Origin: Burkholderiales bacterium
Lineage (GTDB): Bacteria > Pseudomonadota > Gammaproteobacteria > Burkholderiales > Burkholderiaceae_B
Direction of reading: 5' to 3'
Assembly (NCBI GenBank): GCA_021300475.1
Contig: JAJTDO010000010.1
Span: forward strand, 6,533 to 70,532
DNA length: 64,000 nt
The notes beneath the pieces were generated by a model that searched no databases, had not been told where the DNA came from, and saw only the letters and a list, made by a program, of their open reading frames with translations. Made by a program: the position numbers and the translations under genes. Below, one piece after another: positions 38,901 to 47,998 of the stretch (positions are counted from its first letter, which is position 1; every line of letters begins with the position of its first letter).

Positions 38901-40790
38901 TTAACCACGACCCGCAGTGCCTTTGGCGGCTCCGGGAATCCACACTTGTCCAATGGACAGTGAAGTCAGTTTCTTTTGACGACCATACCAAAGATTGACC
39001 GCTGCACGCGACACAACCACCGATGAGAAAATTGAAGTCATGATGCCCAGACAATGCACCACGGCAAAGCCGCGAACAGCACCGGAACCAAACACCAGCA
39101 ATGCCAGACCCGCAATCAGGGTGGTGACGTTGGAGTCAAGGATGGTGGCCCAGGCGCGGTCGTAACCGGCAAAAATGGCGGCTTGTGGATTGACCCCGGC
39201 GCGCAACTCTTCGCGTATGCGTTCATTAATAAGCACGTTGGCGTCAATGGCCATACCCAAAGTCAGCGCAATGGCTGCAAAACCGGGCAAGGTCAGGGTG
39301 GCCTGCAACAAGGAGAGCATGGCCACAAGCAGCAGCAGGTTGGTGGCCAAGGCAAACACCGAGAAAATACCGAACAAGGTGTAGTAGGCAATCATGAAAA
39401 TGGACAAGGCCGTGAAACCATAGAGGGTTGAATTGAAGCCCTTTGCAATATTTTCAGCGCCAAGGCTGGGGCCGATGGTGCGCTCTTCAATAATGTCCAT
39501 GGGTGCAGCCAGCGAACCGGCGCGCAACAGCAAAGCGGTGTCCGCCGCTTCTGTGGTGGTCATACTACCGGAAATTTGAACACGTCCACCGCTGATTTCC
39601 CCGAGAATCTTCGGTGCGGTGACCACTTCACCCTTGCCTTTTTCGATCAACAAAATGGCCATGCGCTTGCCCACGCTTTCGCGGGTTACATCGCGAAAAA
39701 TGCGGGCACCTTTAGCGTCCAGCGTGAGGTGAACGGCGGGCTGGTTTTGTGAATCGAAACCGGCTTGCGCGTCAGTCAGGTTTTCACCCGTCAGAATCAC
39801 TTGCTTTTTCAGCAACAGGGGCGAACCGCCCCGCTCGGTGAATTTTTCAAGGCCGAAAGGCACGCCGCCAGACGCCAGCGCAGCAGCGGCTTCAGCACTC
39901 TCATCGACCATGCGGACTTCCAGCGTGGCGGTGCGCCCCAGAATGTCTTTGGCCTTGGCGGTGTCTTGAACGCCGGGCAACTGAACCACAATGCGGTCTG
40001 CGCCCTGCTGTTGAATGATGGGTTCTGCAACACCGAGTTCATTGATGCGGTTGTGCAGCGTAGTGATGTTTTGCTTCAGCGCATATTCCTGGGCACGCTT
40101 GAAGGCATCCGGCTTGAAGTTGGCCACCAGTTTGACGCCTTCGGCGTCTGGTACTTCCTGCAACAGGAGGTCGGGCAGCGCATTGGTAATTTCAGAGCGC
40201 GACTTGTTGAGGGTGTCGGCATCCTTGAAGCGCAGTTCCAGGGTGTCTTCCACCCGGTTCAGGCTGGCCATGCGCAAGGATTTGTCGCGCAGCAATTGCC
40301 TGATGTCGGCCGCCACACTGTCCAGGCGTTTTTGCCCGGCCTGCTTCATGTCCACTTGCAACAAAAAGTGGACGCCACCGCGCAAATCCAGCCCCAAATA
40401 CATGGGTAAAGCGTGAATGGCGGTTAGCCAGGAAGGCGAGCGCGACAAAAGGTTGAGTGCCACCACGAAACGCTCATCGCCCAAATCAGGGTTCAAGCCC
40501 CTTTGCAGGGTGTCGCGGGCTTTGATCTGGTCGTCTGTGGTGGTGAACCGCAATTTGAAAGTGCCACCGCCTGCAGTCGCCTCAAAAAATACAGCGTCCG
40601 GCTTGACGCCGCCCTGGGTCAGCAAATCTTCCAGGCGCGGCTTTAGGCCGGGGTCTATTTTCAGCGTGGATTTAGCGCTGGAAACCTGAACAGCAGGGGC
40701 CTCGCCAAAAAAATTGGGCAGTGTATACAAAAAGGCCAGTATCAGCGCCAATGCAACAACGCCGTATTTCCAAAGTGGGTAGCGGTTCAT
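38901..40790 (-). CDS. secD: Protein translocase subunit SecD
   Basis: MNRYPLWK, LGLDLRGG, RINELGVAEP and AIDANVLINERIRE motifs. Confidence 0.97.
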   Translation of the reverse strand: MNRYPLWKYGVVALALILAFLYTLPNFFGEAPAVQVSSAKSTLKIDPGLKPRLEDLLTQGGVKPDAVFFEATAGGGTFKLRFTTTDDQIKARDTLQRGLNPDLGDERFVVALNLLSRSPSWLTAIHALPMYLGLDLRGGVHFLLQVDMKQAGQKRLDSVAADIRQLLRDKSLRMASLNRVEDTLELRFKDADTLNKSRSEITNALPDLLLQEVPDAEGVKLVANFKPDAFKRAQEYALKQNITTLHNRINELGVAEPIIQQQGADRIVVQLPGVQDTAKAKDILGRTATLEVRMVDESAEAAAALASGGVPFGLEKFTERGGSPLLLKKQVILTGENLTDAQAGFDSQNQPAVHLTLDAKGARIFRDVTRESVGKRMAILLIEKGKGEVVTAPKILGEISGGRVQISGSMTTTEAADTALLLRAGSLAAPMDIIEERTIGPSLGAENIAKGFNSTLYGFTALSIFMIAYYTLFGIFSVFALATNLLLLVAMLSLLQATLTLPGFAAIALTLGMAIDANVLINERIREELRAGVNPQAAIFAGYDRAWATILDSNVTTLIAGLALLVFGSGAVRGFAVVHCLGIMTSIFSSVVVSRAAVNLWYGRQKKLTSLSIGQVWIPGAAKGTAGRG

Positions 40791-40803
40791 GGTTTACAAA
40801 CAC

Positions 40804-41139
40804 TCAAATGGACTTCAGGGTGCCTTTTGGCAAAACAGCCGCAACGGCCGAGCGCTGAACACTGATTTCAACAGACTTTTCACCCACTGTTGCAACTTCC
40901 AGGGTGACGTAACTGTCTCCGGCTTTGGTAATGCGACCCAACAAACCGCCTGCGGCCAACACTTCATCGCCCTTTTGCAAACCTTCCAGCAAGGCCTTGT
41001 GCTCTTTTTGACGCTTCATCTGGGGGCGGATCATCAGGAAATACATGACACCGAACATAAGCACCAGCGGCAGAAAACTCATCAAACCTTCGGTGCCGCC
41101 AAGGGCTGCAGTCTGCGCGTACGCGGGGGAAATAAACAC
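40804..41139 (-). CDS. yajC: Preprotein translocase subunit YajC
   Basis: FISPAYAQ, YFLMIRPQMKR and GDEV..AGG motifs; GTG start with GGAG. Confidence 0.95.
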   Translation of the reverse strand: MFISPAYAQTAALGGTEGLMSFLPLVLMFGVMYFLMIRPQMKRQKEHKALLEGLQKGDEVLAAGGLLGRITKAGDSYVTLEVATVGEKSVEISVQRSAVAAVLPKGTLKSI

Positions 41140-41216
41140 AATCTCTCCAAAACAAGAATGGGCAAAGCCCTGTCAATCACAATCGGGATGCCGGCGAGTA
41201 TACACTGACGAGTCAA

Positions 41217-42731
41217 GTGAACTACTCGGGGCTAAAGCACCCGAGCTTCCAACTGCCGTTTTAGGCAGCCTTCTTTTTTGACAAGCCACTCGTTGCACCC
41301 AAGGCCTTAGCCTTGACCGTCTTACAGGAGTTTACCGATTTATCGACGCTTGCCCTTAGCTTAAGCACGTTTTTATGTGTGCCTGCTAACTCAGTCCCTG
41401 AGTTTAAAATTAAATTGATTGCTCTTTTCCGAATGACTAAAGCTGCATTGTGATCTGCGTTGTCCGCATGTCCACAGCTTTGGCATTTGAAGTCAGATTG
41501 GCTTATCCGATTGCTCGGGTGAATGTGGCCGCAATGAGCACATTCCTGATTTGTGTGGTGGGGCGCTACTTTGAACAATGGCTTGTCGGCCATTCTCATC
41601 TTATAGGTTAGCAATTGCTCGAACTGGTACAAGCCTACGCCAAGCAAGGCTTTGTTTAAACCCGATTTTGCACGAGTACCGTTTTTTAACCATTTGCCTG
41701 TAATTTCGCAGACCTTAGGCTTGGCTCTTTTGGTCATGTTCTTTAAGTTCAGGTCTTCCAAGACAATCACCTTGGAATTATTAGCCAATGCGCGTGTGGT
41801 TTGATGCCAAAAGTTGGTTCGAACTTCCTTGTCTTTTTCTCTGAGCTTGGCAATCCGCTGCAATGTGCGCTTACGCTGGTTTGATCCTTTAACCTGACGT
41901 GCAGCTTTTCTCTGATATCGCTTAACGAGTTTATCGCGCCAAGCAAATTTCCGTTTCGAGGCCGCGTCCAGAGCGTAAATCGCATTGTGCGTGTGCAGTG
42001 GCTTGGCCACCCCCCTATCGACTGGTGTAATCAACTCCGCCAGGGTTGGCGCATCAAGTGTTCTAAGGTAAGTCAAGTGCGCTGAGTTAGAGACTTCCTG
42101 ATGCAACACGCCATCGTCATAGCTAAACGCCAAACTCCAGCCTGCGTTCGTTTTTCGTATCCATATTGATTTGGGCGATTGCGCAGGAATTCTGGATTTA
42201 TTCCACTTGATGCTAAGCGTGCCCGCAGGGTTGGCTTTGGTGCCAAGTTCTAAATGACAGACATCGTTTATCCACTGAATACGGAATAATTCTGATGTAA
42301 GCCAAACGTAGTTGCCTTTGACTTTTGGTTTGCGGGAAGGCCTACCACCAACCCCTCTAAAGAAGGATTGGTAGGCCTGACACCAAATCGTTGCCGAGTT
42401 TCGCAGAATCTGAGAAGGGCATTCAGACAGGAATGGCGTGAGCTCAGTTTTAAACTGGCTGTACGTTTGGTCTGGTTTCGGCCAAGTGCCCACAGGCAGA
42501 TACTTTCTGGCGTATGTACGAAGGTATTTGTCTTCGTCGCACTTGGCGTTGTAGATGACACGGGCGCAACCTATCCACTGGCTTAGTGTTTCTGCCAGAA
42601 CTGCATCGGGGTGGAATTTGGTTTTAATACCGGTGATTGCCATACTGGTATTACAATCAGCTTTTTAGGTTTTAATCAGATTTTAGCCGCTTGACTCGGA
42701 GCTGAAGCACCTGAGATTGCGCGGCTATTTG
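41217..42731 (-). mobile_element. IS200/IS605-family element (tnpB only, IS1341-like, non-autonomous)
   Basis: Similar subterminal hairpins at both ends (41225-41245 and 42695-42715); right end terminates ...TAGTTCAC; left end follows TTGAA; no tnpA in the element; more AT-rich than the flanks. Confidence 0.88.
41261..42643 (-). CDS. tnpB: RNA-guided endonuclease TnpB
   Basis: GCARVIYN N-terminus; RuvC acidic residues in PVDRG, VLEDL and ADHNAA; CAHC/CQSC zinc finger. Confidence 0.93.
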   Translation of the reverse strand: MAITGIKTKFHPDAVLAETLSQWIGCARVIYNAKCDEDKYLRTYARKYLPVGTWPKPDQTYSQFKTELTPFLSECPSQILRNSATIWCQAYQSFFRGVGGRPSRKPKVKGNYVWLTSELFRIQWINDVCHLELGTKANPAGTLSIKWNKSRIPAQSPKSIWIRKTNAGWSLAFSYDDGVLHQEVSNSAHLTYLRTLDAPTLAELITPVDRGVAKPLHTHNAIYALDAASKRKFAWRDKLVKRYQRKAARQVKGSNQRKRTLQRIAKLREKDKEVRTNFWHQTTRALANNSKVIVLEDLNLKNMTKRAKPKVCEITGKWLKNGTRAKSGLNKALLGVGLYQFEQLLTYKMRMADKPLFKVAPHHTNQECAHCGHIHPSNRISQSDFKCQSCGHADNADHNAALVIRKRAINLILNSGTELAGTHKNVLKLRASVDKSVNSCKTVKAKALGATSGLSKKKAA

Positions 42732-42760
42732 TTCAATGGATGACAGGCAAGGAGCGTTAA

Positions 42761-43309
42761 ATGGAAAACCCGACACCCGACCGTATTGAGGAGGCGACCC
42801 TGGGGGGCGGCTGTTTTTGGTGCATCGAGGCCGTCTTTAACCGCTTGAAGGGCGTGATTCTTGCAGAATCCGGTTACAGCGGCGGTGCGAATCCGAACCC
42901 AAGCTATGAACAGGTGTGCTCCGGGCGCAGCGGACACGTGGAAGTGGTCAGAATACGTTTCAGGCCCGATGAAATTCCGTTTTCTGAAATTCTGGACATT
43001 TTTTTCACCTTGCACGACCCCACAACACTGAACCGGCAAGGCAATGATTCGGGCACTCAGTACAGGTCGGTTATTTTTTACCACGATGAGCAGCAAAAAC
43101 AGCAGGCGCAACAGGTGCTGGAAAACATACAACCCCATTTCCGCAACCCGGTGGTGACGGCCCTTGAACCGCTAAAAAACTACTATGCGGCGGAAAAATA
43201 CCACCAAGGGTATTTTGATCAGAACCCTGACCAACCCTATTGCATGTTTGTGGTGGCACCTAAGGTGGAAAAAGCCGAGAAAGTGTTCAAGGATCAGTTA
43301 AAAGTTTAA
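42761..43309 (+). CDS. msrA: Peptide-methionine (S)-S-oxide reductase
   Basis: GGGCFWC, GYSGG, HDPTTLNRQGND.G.QYRS and YHQ motifs. Confidence 0.96.
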   Translation: MENPTPDRIEEATLGGGCFWCIEAVFNRLKGVILAESGYSGGANPNPSYEQVCSGRSGHVEVVRIRFRPDEIPFSEILDIFFTLHDPTTLNRQGNDSGTQYRSVIFYHDEQQKQQAQQVLENIQPHFRNPVVTALEPLKNYYAAEKYHQGYFDQNPDQPYCMFVVAPKVEKAEKVFKDQLKV

Positions 43310-43339
43310 ATCGCGGCAGCATTACACCACGGCAGCGCG

Positions 43340-43993
43340 TTACTGCAATTTGAAGCGGTTGTCGCTGCCGAACAGGAAAGTGATGATGACGACCGAGGCC
43401 TTGGGGGTGGGACTGGGCAGCAGGGGCGTGCTGCGTTCAACAGCCGACTTTGCGGCCTCAACAAACTCAGGCGCCTCACTGGGCTTTATGACAGTGATTC
43501 TCGGCTTGCCTTCCTGACCCACCCGCAAGCGCAACACCACTTTGTCTTTGGCCGGGCTCGTAAGGCGAGCAACCACCATGTTGGCGTTGGCGGCTTCGAT
43601 GCTGTCAATGAGCGCTAGCCGGTACCCATTAAGCGCAGAGTCGTTCTCCGGCTCTTTTTTCTTTTCCTTGGTTTCTTTGGTGTTTTGCGCTTGAGTGCTG
43701 GCCTCAATGCGCCTTGGCACTGCCCTGGCCGGGTAGGACATGGAGGAGGTCGCAACCGGTTTGGCAGACGCAGACGATTCTTGCGCCGGCGGTTTGACTG
43801 CCGCAGTGGCCGGCATTTCCTTGGGGTACCGTTCTTCGGCTTTTTCGCCAACGGCAGGCCCTTTTGAAAAATAGCTGCCACAACCCGACAAGGTGCCAGA
43901 CAAAGCAGCAGACAAAGCGAACGCACACATCAGCCCCTTGGAGAAATAAAGGGCGGTGCCTGAATGCAGCAGGGGTGGTGTGTTTTTGTTCAA
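43340..43993 (-). CDS. Putative lipoprotein with TonB/TolA C-terminal-like domain
   Basis: Lipobox LSGC, Pro/Ala/Lys-rich linker, C-terminal VVLRLRV..EG..(PS)..AAKSAV...PLLP pattern. Confidence 0.6.
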   Translation of the reverse strand: MNKNTPPLLHSGTALYFSKGLMCAFALSAALSGTLSGCGSYFSKGPAVGEKAEERYPKEMPATAAVKPPAQESSASAKPVATSSMSYPARAVPRRIEASTQAQNTKETKEKKKEPENDSALNGYRLALIDSIEAANANMVVARLTSPAKDKVVLRLRVGQEGKPRITVIKPSEAPEFVEAAKSAVERSTPLLPSPTPKASVVIITFLFGSDNRFKLQ

Positions 43994-44805
43994 GTTACAG
44001 GATCTCCCATCGGCGAATCGCTTCGTGTCAGTATTTGTTCAATGGCCCAGCCCGCCATCAGCATACCCATGCTGGCTGTTGTTGTAACCACTGAACCGTA
44101 ACCGGCACAACTCAAACCTGCGGTGGCGTCGCAATTTTCCGAGCGCTTCACGGGTTCATCCGAGAACACGCAGGCCACCTTCATTTTGCGGGTGGGCTTC
44201 ATTTCAAAGCGGTGCTTATAGCGCAACTCATAGCGGATTTTAGCCAGCAAGGGGTCTTGGCTGGTAAAGGCCAGGTCGGTCAGTTGAAGGCGAGATGCCT
44301 GCAATTTACCGCCCGCGCTGCCCGCCATAATGAAAGGCGTGTTGTACGTGCGACAAAAGACAGTGAGTGCGATTTTGGTGATTCGGTGATCACAACAGTC
44401 CAGCACGGCGTCGGCCAGAAGTCGCTGCTGCCCCGATGCATCTTCAATGCGGGGAAACAAGTCCGGTAGATTAGCAGGGCTTGCGAAATCATCAATGCAA
44501 GTCACCCGACAAAGCGGTGCAAAGGCAGCGATTCGCTCCCTCATGGCAGTGATCTTGGCCATGCCAAAGGTGTGATCTGTGGCATGAACCTGTCGGTTCA
44601 CATTGGACACGGCCACATGGTCCATGTCGATCAGCACCAAATGGCCCACGCCTGTTCTGGCCAACGCCTCTGCGGCCCAGGAGCCCACACCGCCTATGCC
44701 CACGATCACCACGGTGGCTGCAGTGAGCTTGTTCAGGGAGCCGTCTCCGGCCAAGCGGTTGATGGCGGAGAAGCGGCGCTCTTGCAATGCTGGCGAATCA
44801 CTCAT
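43990..44805 (-). CDS. tcdA: tRNA threonylcarbamoyladenosine dehydratase (ThiF family)
   Basis: GIGGVGSWAAEALARTG, SNVNRQ, QDPLLAKIR and CAGYGS motifs. Confidence 0.88.
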   Translation of the reverse strand: MSDSPALQERRFSAINRLAGDGSLNKLTAATVVIVGIGGVGSWAAEALARTGVGHLVLIDMDHVAVSNVNRQVHATDHTFGMAKITAMRERIAAFAPLCRVTCIDDFASPANLPDLFPRIEDASGQQRLLADAVLDCCDHRITKIALTVFCRTYNTPFIMAGSAGGKLQASRLQLTDLAFTSQDPLLAKIRYELRYKHRFEMKPTRKMKVACVFSDEPVKRSENCDATAGLSCAGYGSVVTTTASMGMLMAGWAIEQILTRSDSPMGDPVT

Positions 44806-45916
44806 CGAGGTCTATGACACCCACGGCCACGGAGACTTCTTGATCGCCCCGCAATACAGTCAGGTTGGTGCCGTTACCCAGACCCACAGCCTCCAGGGCG
44901 CGCGCCAGTTGGGCGGCATTGCTCACAGACTTGCCACCCACCGCCACAATCACATCACCCATCAAACCGCGCTCCAAATCAAACGGTATCAGACCGGCGC
45001 GCTCGGCCGGGCTGCCGGGTTGCACACCCAAAACCGCCACACCCCGGATACCCATGCGCCCGGTCAGGCTGCCATCGTCGGTGGTGATGCCGATGCCCAG
45101 ACGGGGCACACGGCCGCGTTCAATGAGCCGCGGCACAATGTTATTGACCAAGTCGACGGGAATTGCGAACCCAACGCCAGAGGAACTGCCCGATTGCGAC
45201 AAAATCGCGGTGTTGACGCCTATCAGCCTGCCGGCAGAGTCAAGCAGCGGCCCACCTGAATTGCCGGGGTTGATGGCAGCATCGGTTTGAACCACACCCG
45301 CGATTTCTCGACCGTTGTTGGTGGGCAAAGTACGCTCCAAGGCGCTGACAATGCCCTGGGTCAGGGTTTTAGACAGGCCAAACGGGTTGCCGATGGCAAA
45401 CACCGACTGCCCTACTTTCAAATCGGCCGAAGACCCCAGCGGTATGGGCCTGAGTTCTGGCGGTCGATTAACAAGGCGCACCACCGCCAGATCATAGGCA
45501 GAGGCAGCGCCCACCAACTTGGCTTGGTAGGTTTTGCCGTTGTCCATCTGAACCTGAATTTTCGTGGCGCCGGCCACCACATGGGCATTGGTAACAATGT
45601 GGCCATTTTCATCCCAGACAAATCCGCTGCCCGCGCCCTCCTGTACCCGTTTGCGCAAAAACCCGCGCTCCACGCTTTCAGTGAACAAATACACCACAGA
45701 AGGCTTGGAAACTTCGAACAGTTCAATGACGGAGCGCTCTGTACCGGACAAATCGCCGCGGGGCGAGACCAGACGGGGCGCAGCCGGTTCGGGCAGGGGC
45801 AATTTCTTGAACTGCAACCAACCGCCGTCAAACAGCAGGAACAAGGCCGCTGCAATTAACAGCAGCGCAAAAAAGCCTGGCAATATGCCGCCAAGCTGGC
45901 GATTCTTATTCATCAT
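44798..45916 (-). CDS. HtrA/Deg-type trypsin-like serine protease with one PDZ domain
   Basis: GSGFVWD, TNAHVV, DLAV and GNSGGPL motifs; PDZ segment GSPAERAGL. Confidence 0.92.
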   Translation of the reverse strand: MMNKNRQLGGILPGFFALLLIAAALFLLFDGGWLQFKKLPLPEPAAPRLVSPRGDLSGTERSVIELFEVSKPSVVYLFTESVERGFLRKRVQEGAGSGFVWDENGHIVTNAHVVAGATKIQVQMDNGKTYQAKLVGAASAYDLAVVRLVNRPPELRPIPLGSSADLKVGQSVFAIGNPFGLSKTLTQGIVSALERTLPTNNGREIAGVVQTDAAINPGNSGGPLLDSAGRLIGVNTAILSQSGSSSGVGFAIPVDLVNNIVPRLIERGRVPRLGIGITTDDGSLTGRMGIRGVAVLGVQPGSPAERAGLIPFDLERGLMGDVIVAVGGKSVSNAAQLARALEAVGLGNGTNLTVLRGDQEVSVAVGVIDLDE

Positions 45917-46525
45917 TCAAACAATGGGAGTGGCAATAAAATCAAACTGCGCTGGCAAGTCGCAACGCAAGCAAGGTTGCGCTTGCAACGTGACTGGCGG
46001 GGGCGTGACTTGGGCAACCGGATCCAGTGTCCAGTCGTCGGCCACGCAACTCTCTGCTGAAGGCAAGGCCCACGGAGCCCGCAGCGTCCAGCGGTCTTCT
46101 TCGGTTTCAGTGAGGTACTGGCTGAGGGCCTCAATGTCAGTGCCCAGCAAAAGCCCCGGTCCTACGGGCGTCTGAAAAATGAAATTGCCCTCTTCATCCA
46201 AGAACATAGCACTGGGCAGTGTGGCGGTGCGGGTGTGGGAAAGCAGGCAAACCCCGGATTCAACCGGGTGCAGGCCGAACACCCAAGGGGTGTACTCCAA
46301 GTTCACAAACACCTTTTGCGGACCGTTTTGAAAATACCAACGACCTTGCGGGTCGGCTGCGTAGTTTCTGTCAATAAAACGGCGCATGTTGCGGTGAGAA
46401 ATTTTTAAACCTGAGGCGACCTCGCCAATCAGCAGCCACTCGCCCCTGGAAGACAACTTCAACCAACCGGCAATAGAGGGCACATTGGGCCACCTAGCCA
46501 ACGCTTGATTGACCAGATCATCCAT
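45917..46525 (-). CDS. DUF2946-like conserved hypothetical protein
   Basis: MDD.V..A.ARWPNVP...GWL and WYFQNGPQKVFV.LEYTPW pattern. Confidence 0.75.
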   Translation of the reverse strand: MDDLVNQALARWPNVPSIAGWLKLSSRGEWLLIGEVASGLKISHRNMRRFIDRNYAADPQGRWYFQNGPQKVFVNLEYTPWVFGLHPVESGVCLLSHTRTATLPSAMFLDEEGNFIFQTPVGPGLLLGTDIEALSQYLTETEEDRWTLRAPWALPSAESCVADDWTLDPVAQVTPPPVTLQAQPCLRCDLPAQFDFIATPIV

Positions 46526-47588
46526 GATGCAATCCTTCTTTTTCTAAACCACTCAACTTAACATCAGTCTGAATTTGCGAAAACCAGGAAAAAACCCGTT
46601 CGGGCAAAAAATCCAGGCCGGCGGGAAATGCGTTGTGTTTCGGAAAACCCACATGGCCGCCCTGTTTGGGAAAATAACAGGTCACCATCGGTGAGACCTC
46701 ATGGGGCTGCGGCAAAAAACGACCGGGCATGAACGGGTCGTTTTGGGCATTCATCAGCAAGGTCGGCACCTTGATGTTCATCAGGTAGGGTTTTGAAGCG
46801 CTGCTTTTCCAATAATGGGTGGCACTGTCAAAACCATGGAGCGGTGCAGTCACCAGTTCATCGAAATCGTAAAAGTCCCGACAGGCGCGCACTTGGTCTG
46901 CATCGGCAAAACCCGGAAACAAGCGGATTTTTTCCAAGGTTTTGGGAATCAGTGTTTTTAGAAACATGCGCGTGTAAATCATGTTGAAGCCCTGTCCCAG
47001 ACTGTGTGCACCCGCCTCGAGATCAATGGGTGCAGACACGCTGACGGCGGCCGACACCAGACTGACGGCAGCATCGCCCTCCTCACCCAACCACTTCAGC
47101 ATGGCGTTGCCGCCCAACGAGACACCCACCAGAAATACCGGGCGCGCACCGGCCTGTTGCTTGAAACGCCGCACGATCCAGTCAATTTCACGGGAATCGC
47201 CGGAATGGTAGGCGCGAGGCAAGCGGTTCAATTCGCCGGAACAACCGCGAAAATGCGCCACTGCCCCCTGCCAACCCAACTGCTCGCACGCCTTCATCAA
47301 CGACAAGGCGTAATGACTGGAAGAAGAACCCTCCAACCCATGGAACATGACCAACAGAGGTGCGTTTTCCGCCCACAGAGGTTGTGTCCAGTCGATGTCA
47401 ATGAAATCGTCTTGTTCGGGCGTCAGCCAGCGCTCTCTGCGGTAACTGACTTTCGGTGATGTTGTGAACCGTGCGGTGATGATGGTTTGCAGATGCCCGC
47501 CGGGCAGCCAGAAAGGCGCTCGGTAGTGGGTGCTTCCTTTGTGCAACTCAGTGAAGCGTGGGGGAAGTGTCGATTTCTTCGTTTTCAT
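46518..47588 (-). CDS. YheT family alpha/beta hydrolase
   Basis: GGHLQT, HGLEGS, RAYHSG, GVSLGG, DPF and GGHVGF motifs. Confidence 0.9.
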   Translation of the reverse strand: MKTKKSTLPPRFTELHKGSTHYRAPFWLPGGHLQTIITARFTTSPKVSYRRERWLTPEQDDFIDIDWTQPLWAENAPLLVMFHGLEGSSSSHYALSLMKACEQLGWQGAVAHFRGCSGELNRLPRAYHSGDSREIDWIVRRFKQQAGARPVFLVGVSLGGNAMLKWLGEEGDAAVSLVSAAVSVSAPIDLEAGAHSLGQGFNMIYTRMFLKTLIPKTLEKIRLFPGFADADQVRACRDFYDFDELVTAPLHGFDSATHYWKSSASKPYLMNIKVPTLLMNAQNDPFMPGRFLPQPHEVSPMVTCYFPKQGGHVGFPKHNAFPAGLDFLPERVFSWFSQIQTDVKLSGLEKEGLHHG

Positions 47589-47988
47589 CGGTCTCCGTTG
47601 CAGGGCTTGCATGATGAAGTACCATCTTCCAACCTTGCGGCCCTTTTAAATAGACATTGGTGGCACTGACTTCCACAACCTGCGAGGAGCGGGAACCTGA
47701 CACCAGAACCTGCTCCTGCAAATTGTGGATGGCCACCATCATGCCCTCAATGGCACGGACTTGCATGGGCCGGATGCGTAAGGTGCCCGACGCCAGAATT
47801 TCTTTCCAGGATTCACGGATGCTTTCATAGCCCACCAGGCGGGGACCGCCGGGATGTATGCACATGATTTGCTCATCATCTGCCCACAACGCCATGAGCG
47901 CATCCAGATCACCCGCCTCAAGCGCGTCGTAAAAAGCCTGTTCTGTTTCCCCCGGAGAGGAATGCACCACTTGGCCTCGCTTAATCAT
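47548..47988 (-). CDS. SnoaL/NTF2-like protein
   Basis: AFYDALE..DL, CIHPG, ATNVY and WKMVLHHAS motifs. Confidence 0.85.
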   Translation of the reverse strand: MIKRGQVVHSSPGETEQAFYDALEAGDLDALMALWADDEQIMCIHPGGPRLVGYESIRESWKEILASGTLRIRPMQVRAIEGMMVAIHNLQEQVLVSGSRSSQVVEVSATNVYLKGPQGWKMVLHHASPATETDENEEIDTSPTLH

Positions 47989-47998
47989 CGGGGGCCTT

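Noticed and set aside
41261..42643. TnpB as a nuclease-dead, domesticated regulator (TldR-like)
   Set aside because: All three RuvC acidic residues and both transposon-end hairpins are intact.
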